Source of the DNA: Desulfobulbus propionicus DSM 2032 | GTDB lineage: Bacteria > Desulfobacterota > Desulfobulbia > Desulfobulbales > Desulfobulbaceae | Assembly: GCF_000186885.1 (NCBI RefSeq) | Contig: NC_014972.1 | Span: 1,950,001 to 1,982,000 of the forward strand | Direction of reading: 5' to 3' | Length of the DNA: 32,000 nt | Shown here: piece after piece, positions 26,665 to 32,000 of the stretch | Position numbering within the stretch: position 1 is the stretch's first letter | Layout: each line of letters starts with the position of its first letter | Notes under the pieces: model-generated | What the model saw: only the letters and a program-made list of their open reading frames with translations | Told to the model about the DNA's origin: nothing | The model's database searches: none | Position numbers and translations under genes: made by a program

Positions 26665-27063
26665 TCACCGTTTAAGAAAAGGAGTGTTGTGTGTTTCTTT
26701 CCTGAATATGTTGGTCAAATATTCAACCACCTCATCAATATTGCTTTCTAGGTAGCCGACAAATCGTGGAGAAAGATGCGAATATCTGTTGTTGCGCACC
26801 TGCTGCTCACTGCTGATGACCAGGATGATCCGGTAACTCTTGAATTCATCCCCCATGAGGAGCAGGGCATCGATATCGTCGTCGTCGTGGGCAAAGAGAA
26901 GAAGGATATCGTTGCTGCGCATCTGCAGACACAGAGGCGAGGAAAAACCCGAACCGGGAGGCAGGGTGCTCAGTGCGCCGCTCCAGGAGAATTGGCGAAA
27001 ATAGGTCTCCACCTGGCGAAAGGTCGCTGAATCCCTGGGTGTGTAAAGAAAGACGTGGTGCAT
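26665..27063 (-). CDS. Hypothetical protein (132 aa), first gene of the sigma-54-type transcription unit
   Basis: ORF 26665..27099. ATG 27063 ([11 protein letters not shown]...) has GGAGGG 3-4 nt upstream. The track start 27099 would lie only ~15 nt from the predicted transcription start. GC content is lower than in neighbouring genes. The gene is tightly coupled to the downstream MCP. I recognise no family. The alternating hydrophobic strands ([26 protein letters not shown]) suggest a small alpha/beta fold. Confidence 0.6.
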   Translation of the reverse strand: MHHVFLYTPRDSATFRQVETYFRQFSWSGALSTLPPGSGFSSPLCLQMRSNDILLLFAHDDDDIDALLLMGDEFKSYRIILVISSEQQVRNNRYSHLSPRFVGYLESNIDEVVEYLTNIFRKETHNTPFLKR

Positions 27064-27125
27064 GAACCCTCCGAATGGTGCCCTGCGGCACCGCTGCATG
27101 CAATCTGGCCAAACGTCGTTTGTTT

Positions 27126-27141
27126 AGCATTTACCTTGCCA
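27126..27141 (-). promoter_or_regulatory. Sigma-54 (-24/-12) type promoter for the small-protein/MCP/hybrid-kinase unit
   Basis: The minus strand reads CTGGCAAGGTAAATGCT, against YTGGCACGR-N3-TTGCW. GG-N10-GC spacing is exact, with two mismatches. It lies ~60 nt upstream of ATG 27063. Confidence 0.6.
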
Positions 27142-27178
27142 GTTGGGACGGAAAACACCATCAAACATTATTGCACAA

Positions 27179-27191
27179 TATCAGTTAGTTG
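27179..27191. promoter_or_regulatory. IHF-like site (one mismatch)
   Basis: TATCAGTTAGTTG against WATCAANNNNTTR. It lies in AT-rich DNA 38 nt upstream of the -24 element. This is the same relative layout as at 8121..8133. Confidence 0.3.
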
Positions 27192-27240
27192 AAATATGAA
27201 TCGCCTTACGGAGGGGAAACTGGCGGCAACCGTTGGCTTG

Positions 27241-27284
27241 TTTGTCTCTTTTTGTAGACAGGCGTTTGTCTAGTTTTCTAGACG
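27241..27284. promoter_or_regulatory. Cluster of TGTCT(A)/TAGACA half-sites: candidate enhancer (UAS) for the adjacent EBP
   Basis: TGTCTC at 27243..27248. TAGACA-N6-TGTCTA at 27255..27272. GTCTAG-N4-CTAGAC at 27268..27283, sharing the central half-site. It lies 100-145 bp upstream of the -24 element and 55 bp downstream of the EBP stop codon. Confidence 0.45.
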
Positions 27285-27338
27285 AGCGGAAGGTGGCGGA
27301 AGGAGGGAGCCATGCCAGGCGGCAAAGGGATGCGTCGT

Positions 27339-28748
27339 TCAGTCACGGCAAGAGGTTTCGGGATCAAGGCCATGGAGGTTGATCAGCTGGTACAGTCGGG
27401 CACGGGACAGGCCCGACACGGTGCAGGCATCCCTGATGTTCCCCTTGGTGCTCGCAAAAAGATGCCGCAGATATTCGCGTTCCTTTTCCGCCTTGAACGC
27501 CTTCCAGGTCACCGGCGGGGACGTTGGGGGGACGGTGTGTTCGCTCCGTGTTCTCGCGGCCTCGGCTGAAATGCACTCAAGGGTCTTGCAGACCCGAATC
27601 TGTTGGGGCAGATGGTAGGCGAACAGGGTGGGATGATGGACAGCGGTGGCAAACACTTGCTCCAGGGTTTGCTGCAGTTCGCGAACATTACCCGGCCAGT
27701 CATAGGCATGCAGGTATTCGAAAAATTCATCGGCGACCCCCTTGGAGCCGACTTTGGCCCGATCGCAGAGCCTGGCGAGGAAATGGCGGCTGAGTGGCCG
27801 GATGTCTTCCTTCCGTTCCCGTAGCGGCGGCAGATGAAGGGGGAGGGAACGGAGACGGTAGAGCAGGTCGGCGCGGAACGCGCCGTCAGCCGCCTCCTGG
27901 TCGAGATTGCGGTTGGTGGCGGCGATCACCCGGAAATTGCTGAACTCTTCCCGGGCCGCGCCGACCGGTCGAAAGCGGTGTTCCTGCAGGACGCGAAGAA
28001 AGGTTTTCTGGATACGTTCCGGCAATTCGCCCACCTCGTCGAGGAACAGGGTACCGCCATGGGCCATGGCGATCAAACCGCCGAACGCCCGGTCAGCGCC
28101 GGTGAATGCCCCCTTGACATGGCCAAACAAGATGCTCTCGATCAGGGTTTCGGGCAGCGAGGCGCAATCGACCACCACAAAGGCCTGAGCGGCCCGGTTG
28201 GAATTGTCATGAATGGCGCGGGCAAACACTTCCTTGCCGGTTCCGGTCTCCCCCGTGATCAGGACCGTGGCCTCACTGGCCGCCGCCGTGGCCACCTGGT
28301 CAAGGCAGGACGCGAGGCTGGGGCTGGCACCGATGATCGTTTCGCGTTTGAGGGCGACCGGCAGCCGGCTGATTTTCTGTTTTTCTTCCCGGTACTGCAA
28401 GGCCCGGGTGAAAGGCAGCAGCAAATCGCGCAGGACATGGGGTTTTTCCAGGTAACTCCATGCTCCTGACTGAATCGCCTTTTTCGCGCCATCGGGGTCG
28501 CCTGACCCGGTCATGATGATGATTTCCGGCCGCGAGGCGGTTTCGGCAAAACGGGAAAAGGCATTCAACCCGTTGCCGTCGGGCAATTGCACGTCGAGGA
28601 AAACGACATCGAAGCGGCCACGGCGGGCACACTCGATCCCCTCGGTCAGGGTAGCCGCGCATTCGGCCCGATGCCCCGAGTTGCCAAGATGAACAGCCAG
28701 CATTTCGGCCAGCATGGAATCGTCATCAACGATGAGAATATCGGCCAT
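27339..28748 (-). CDS. NtrC-family sigma-54-dependent response regulator (receiver, AAA+, Fis-type HTH)
   Basis: Intact receiver (ILIVDDD, VFLDVQLPDGNG, IIMTGSG, YLEKPH). Walker A GETGTGKE, GAFTGA (GHVKGAFTGA), FLDEVGE, YDWPGNVRELQ. C-terminal HTH (IRDACTVSGLSRARLYQLINLHGL). The start is ambiguous. ATG 28748 (MADILIVDDD) fits receiver-domain spacing. The track start 28799 has AGGA abutting the ATG. Neither has a good SD. Confidence 0.9.
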   Translation of the reverse strand: MADILIVDDDSMLAEMLAVHLGNSGHRAECAATLTEGIECARRGRFDVVFLDVQLPDGNGLNAFSRFAETASRPEIIIMTGSGDPDGAKKAIQSGAWSYLEKPHVLRDLLLPFTRALQYREEKQKISRLPVALKRETIIGASPSLASCLDQVATAAASEATVLITGETGTGKEVFARAIHDNSNRAAQAFVVVDCASLPETLIESILFGHVKGAFTGADRAFGGLIAMAHGGTLFLDEVGELPERIQKTFLRVLQEHRFRPVGAAREEFSNFRVIAATNRNLDQEAADGAFRADLLYRLRSLPLHLPPLRERKEDIRPLSRHFLARLCDRAKVGSKGVADEFFEYLHAYDWPGNVRELQQTLEQVFATAVHHPTLFAYHLPQQIRVCKTLECISAEAARTRSEHTVPPTSPPVTWKAFKAEKEREYLRHLFASTKGNIRDACTVSGLSRARLYQLINLHGLDPETSCRD

Positions 28749-28897
28749 GGTCAAGCAACAGGTGCCACCTGAAGACAGCGAGTTGGAATCACCCGGCATT
28801 CCTCTCGCTCAAGGCGAAGGGTCCGGGCTTCAATCGACAGACGGATGTTTAACAAGATGCCGGAAAACAGGCAAGGGATTTCGCGTCATGATTCAAT

Positions 28898-28936
28898 GAT
28901 AACAAGCGGTTGTCAGACGATAACAGCTGTTGGGAC
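28898..28936. repeat. Imperfect tandem direct repeat GATAACAAGCGGTTGTCAGAC / GATAACAGCTGTTGGGAC upstream of the EBP gene
   Basis: Two adjacent units (28898..28918 and 28919..28936) share GATAACA-GC-GTTG...GAC. The second contains the palindrome AACAGCTGTT. They lie 150-190 nt upstream of the EBP start. Confidence 0.5.
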
Positions 28937-28990
28937 GTTGCCGGGCACGATACAGCCGTGCTCCTTCTCTGCCGGTTTGCCAGGCTGCGC

Positions 28991-29045
28991 CTTTTGATCG
29001 TTTACTCGTTTCCACTCTCCAGCGTGGAAACGAGTAAAACAAAAG
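28991..29045. repeat. Long stem-loop/palindrome: 15-bp perfect stem (TTTACTCGTTTCCAC / GTGGAAACGAGTAAA, 8-nt loop) extended by an outer 6-bp stem (CTTTTG / CAAAAG)
   Basis: Exact complementarity read from the sequence. It lies ~60 nt downstream of the CoA-transferase B stop codon. There is no 3' U-tract on either strand, so it is not a canonical intrinsic terminator. Confidence 0.7.
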
Positions 29046-29102
29046 AGGCACCGCAGCAGTTGCCACGGCGCCTCCTTGGTTGGATAACAGACGAATCGGA
29101 GT

Positions 29103-29921
29103 TCAGCCCTTTTTCACCTTGGGAATGAAGATCTCGTCCGGATCGAGCACGTCGTGGATGAAGTGCAGTTCCTCGCGGGTGGGCGGGGCGGTTTCGCCGT
29201 TGACCCGGGAGACGTCGAGATCGAACTGGCACAGATCCTTGATCTCCGCCACGGTCTTGCCGGGGTGACAGGTGTCTAGGTACATGTGGCCATCGTTCTC
29301 GTCGAAGCGGAACACGCCGGCGGTGCTGATGATCGCCGAGGGGCCGCCGCGAAAGGCCGCGCCGTAGAGTTCGCGCCGATGGACCCACTCGCCGCCCGGC
29401 CACCGCTTCACCCGCCAGCCGGGGCTGGTGATGTAGCTGACGTTCTCGACAAAGCGCCGTTTTTCATGGACCATGATGAACACGGTGCGCTTGGCGAACG
29501 AGTTGATGTCCGGGTTGCCGCCGCTGCCGGTAAGGCGCAGTTCCGGGTCCAGATAGTTGCCGATGCAGGTGGTGTTGACGTTGCCGTATTGGTCGACCTC
29601 GGCACCGCCGAGATAGCCCAGATCGACATAGCCGCGCTGGGCGATGGAAAAGGCGTCGTACAGGCCCGAGGAACGGGAAGCGCCGGTCTCGCAACGGGCA
29701 TCCCCCACCGAGGTGGGCAATTCCGGCGGCCGGCCGTCCAGGGTGCCGGCTTCAAAGATCAGTTTCAGATTCGGGGCATGGGTCTTCTGCGCCAGCATGA
29801 TGGCCACCATGGGCAGGCCGGTGCCGGCAAAGACGATCTCATTGTCCTGGACCTCCCGCGAGGCGGCGCAGCACAGCAGATCGGCCAGATTGTATTCTTC
29901 GGGCGAGGCAAAGTTGGTCAT
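29103..29921 (-). CDS. CoA-transferase subunit B (glutaconate/3-oxoacid CoA-transferase beta-like)
   Basis: Similarity pattern to family I CoA-transferase beta subunits (EIVFAGTGLPMVAIMLAQKTHAPNLKLIFEAGT...GGAEVDQYGNVN...LTGSGGNPD). The track start 29927 is a TTG. ATG 29921 has GGGAG 7 nt upstream. Confidence 0.85.
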   Translation of the reverse strand: MTNFASPEEYNLADLLCCAASREVQDNEIVFAGTGLPMVAIMLAQKTHAPNLKLIFEAGTLDGRPPELPTSVGDARCETGASRSSGLYDAFSIAQRGYVDLGYLGGAEVDQYGNVNTTCIGNYLDPELRLTGSGGNPDINSFAKRTVFIMVHEKRRFVENVSYITSPGWRVKRWPGGEWVHRRELYGAAFRGGPSAIISTAGVFRFDENDGHMYLDTCHPGKTVAEIKDLCQFDLDVSRVNGETAPPTREELHFIHDVLDPDEIFIPKVKKG

Positions 29922-29935
29922 ATCCAATCTCCCTT

Positions 29936-30889
29936 CTATTTGCGGGGTTTGTAGTTGAGGGCGGTGTTGGCGCGCAGGTTCAGCATGCGCGGCCAGCCGA
30001 GTTTTTCCAGGTAGGCGATGTGATCAAGACCGTAAATCCACTCCTTGGCAAAGGCGTCGAACCCTTCCTGGGTGCGGGTCTTGCCGTAGAAATCCTTGAG
30101 GAAGGCGCCGTCGACGTCGTACTTGCCGAACATGCCGGTGGGATGGGCGCCGAAGGGGCACTCCAGGATGTAGTCGACCTCAAAGGTGGGGATGGTGTTG
30201 TGATCGGCGTTGCGGCGCAGATACTCCTCGGGCACGATCTCCTCGGCCATGACGATGGTGATGTCGGCGGCACGGCAGGCCTCGGGGTCGGAATACAACT
30301 GACCGGCCACCCGTACCGTGCCCTCCTCGCCCACCTGCTGCACGCAGAGGATGGCGACATCGATCTTGACCGCCGGAATCAGCACCTGCGGACCGGCATC
30401 GAAGAAGGGGTCGTCGGCAAAGATGTATTTTTGCTTGGCGATGCGCTTGCCGTCGCGCTTGCCGGCCCGGCCGAGCATGTCGAACTCGGGATTGTGGATG
30501 TCGGTGCCGAGCGAGGTCTGGGTGACCGCGTAGGGCGCGCCTTGGGCGGCGGCGGCGAAACGGAACATCATCTCGGCGTGGCTGTAGTCCTCGACGATGA
30601 TCTCCTTGGTGCCGACCTTGCGCGACAGGTTGGCGCCGTACTTGCCGTACAGCTCATGACCGACCCAGCAGGACTCCCAGATGTCGACGCAGCCGGCGCC
30701 GACCAGGAACTCGGTCTGCGGGCCGCCGTTGACCTCGATCAGGTGCAGGCCGCGCCGCTGCTGGCGGATCAGTTCATAAACGATGGCAAAGGGCCGCCGC
30801 CAGATGGTGAAGCCGGAAAAGGTCAGGCTGGAGCCGTTCTTGACGATTTCGGCCGCCTGCTGCAGGGTGATGCGTTTATTGGTGCTCAT
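29936..30889 (-). CDS. CoA-transferase subunit A (glutaconate CoA-transferase alpha-like)
   Basis: 317 aa. The N-terminus (ITLQQAAEIVKNGSSLTFSGF) and overall pattern are typical of CoA-transferase alpha subunits. AGGAG lies 5 nt upstream of the ATG. It sits immediately upstream of subunit B. Confidence 0.85.
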   Translation of the reverse strand: MSTNKRITLQQAAEIVKNGSSLTFSGFTIWRRPFAIVYELIRQQRRGLHLIEVNGGPQTEFLVGAGCVDIWESCWVGHELYGKYGANLSRKVGTKEIIVEDYSHAEMMFRFAAAAQGAPYAVTQTSLGTDIHNPEFDMLGRAGKRDGKRIAKQKYIFADDPFFDAGPQVLIPAVKIDVAILCVQQVGEEGTVRVAGQLYSDPEACRAADITIVMAEEIVPEEYLRRNADHNTIPTFEVDYILECPFGAHPTGMFGKYDVDGAFLKDFYGKTRTQEGFDAFAKEWIYGLDHIAYLEKLGWPRMLNLRANTALNYKPRK

Positions 30890-30906
30890 GGGGTTCTCCT
30901 TGGGGT

Positions 30907-32000
30907 TCAGGCCGACAGTCCACGCAGGATCTCGCGGGAGATGATCAGCCGCTGGATTTCACTGGTGCCTTCGTAGATGGTGGTGATGCGGGCGTCGCGG
31001 GCATAGCGCTCAATGGGAAAATCCTTGGTGTAGCCGTAGCCGCCGAGCATCTGCAAGGCGTTGTAGCAGGCCCGGTTGGCGCTCTCGGTGGCATACATCT
31101 TGGCCATGGAGGCCTCCTTGGCAAAGGGGCGGCCCTGCTCCTTGCGGAAGGCGGCGTTCATCAACAGCAGCCGAGCGGCTTCCAGTTCGGTGTAGGAATC
31201 GGCGATCATCCATTGAATCGCCTGGAAATTGCTTATTTTCTGGCAGAACTGCTGACGTTCGTTGGCGTATTTGGCGGCATAATCCATGGCCGCCAGGCCA
31301 ATGCCCAGACCGAGTGAACCGATGCCGATGCGGCCGCCGGCCAATTCGGCCACGGCGATGCGGAAGCCGTCGTTGGGCTTGCCCATCATGGCGCTGGCGG
31401 GCACGCGGCAGTTGTCAAAGATCAGCTCGTTGGTGGCCGAGGCATGCTGGCCCATCTTGTGCTCTTCCTTGCCGATGGTCAGGCCCGGGGTTCCGGCCTC
31501 GATCAAAAAGCAGCTGATGCCCTTGCCGCGCGGGGCTTCCTTGTCAGTCACCGCCCAGACCACGAACACCCCGGCGTAGGGGGCGCTGGTGATGAAGATC
31601 TTGGAGCCGTTGAGCACGTAGGAATCGCCATCCTTGGTGGCGGTGGTACACATGCCCGACGGATCGGAACCGGCGCAGTTCTCGGTCAGGCCGAAGCTGC
31701 CGGCGGCATATTCACCCGAACAGATCTTGGGGATATACTTGCTTTTCTGTTCCTCGCTGCCGATGGCCTGGATGACCTCGCAGACCATGTTGTTGACCGA
31801 CACCGTGACCGCGGTGGAGGCGCAGGCGCGGGCAATCTCGGTCATGGCGACGCTGAAGGAAACCACGCCGGCCTCGGAGCCGCCGTACTCCTCCTTGACG
31901 TTGAGGCCCATGAAACCCAGTTCGGCCAGTTTTTTCAGGTTGGCCAGCAGGGTGGGGCGGTCTTTTTCCGCATCCAGCTTGGCGGCCACCGGTTCGAGTT
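30907..32000 (-). CDS. Acyl-CoA dehydrogenase (5' end outside the window)
   Basis: ACAD signatures (GLTENCAGSDPSGM, GSKIFITSA, RQQFCQKISNFQAIQ, catalytic-base region TIYEGTSEIQRLII). The frame stays open to the window edge. The track start at 31989 is an internal GTG (Val). About 25 N-terminal residues are missing. Confidence 0.9.
   Translation of the reverse strand, partial: LEPVAAKLDAEKDRPTLLANLKKLAELGFMGLNVKEEYGGSEAGVVSFSVAMTEIARACASTAVTVSVNNMVCEVIQAIGSEEQKSKYIPKICSGEYAAGSFGLTENCAGSDPSGMCTTATKDGDSYVLNGSKIFITSAPYAGVFVVWAVTDKEAPRGKGISCFLIEAGTPGLTIGKEEHKMGQHASATNELIFDNCRVPASAMMGKPNDGFRIAVAELAGGRIGIGSLGLGIGLAAMDYAAKYANERQQFCQKISNFQAIQWMIADSYTELEAARLLLMNAAFRKEQGRPFAKEASMAKMYATESANRACYNALQMLGGYGYTKDFPIERYARDARITTIYEGTSEIQRLIISREILRGLSA

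Noticed and set aside
28754-28767. TGGCACCTGTTGCT on the minus strand looks like a sigma-54 promoter, right at the EBP start.
   Set aside because: GG-to-GC spacing is 8 nt instead of the required 10. The element would also sit only ~8 nt from ATG 28748 (inside the longer ORF version). It is most likely a coding or chance match.
1-32000. CRISPR arrays, rRNA, IS elements, prophage or defence-system genes.
   Set aside because: No spaced identical repeats were seen. No transposase, integrase, nuclease or phage-like ORFs were seen either. Every large ORF is accounted for by signalling, transport or metabolic families.

Overview
GC-rich (roughly 60%) bacterial chromosomal window. It is almost entirely transcribed on the minus strand; the only plus-strand gene is 12162..13541. 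No transposase, integrase, CRISPR array or rRNA was recognised. The content is dominated by signal transduction. (1) 36..8133: a chemosensory operon reading soluble MCP-like protein, hemerythrin, STAS protein, CheY, CheA (with its own CheW-like domain), transmembrane MCP. It sits behind a good -24/-12 (sigma-54 type) promoter with a consensus IHF site and a repeat-rich upstream region. (2) 21605..28799: an NtrC-family response-regulator enhancer-binding protein (EBP). Downstream of it lie a cluster of TGTCTA/TAGACA half-sites, an IHF-like site and a second -24/-12 promoter, then a small unknown protein, an MCP and a hybrid histidine kinase. (3) 12162..13541: an orphan sigma-54 EBP whose receiver domain has lost the phospho-acceptor residues. 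The remaining genes are tRNA-Ser(GGA) with a bidirectional terminator, tadA, a tandem USP protein, two RCK-domain cation/proton antiporters, nikR directly behind a BepA-like M48/TPR protease, a 1218-aa GlcD/GlcF-type FAD/Fe-S fusion oxidoreductase, and a CoA-transferase A/B plus acyl-CoA dehydrogenase operon cut by the right edge. The gene content (many sigma-54 EBPs and MCPs, the large FAD/Fe-S/CCG fusion) suggests a Desulfuromonadales/Geobacter-like deltaproteobacterium, but that is inference only. The most interesting item is the sigma-54-driven chemosensory operon. Its first gene is a soluble receptor with a strongly divergent signalling tip, and a hemerythrin/STAS pair is inserted before CheY/CheA. 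I cannot establish novelty without database searches. All motif coordinates were counted by hand.
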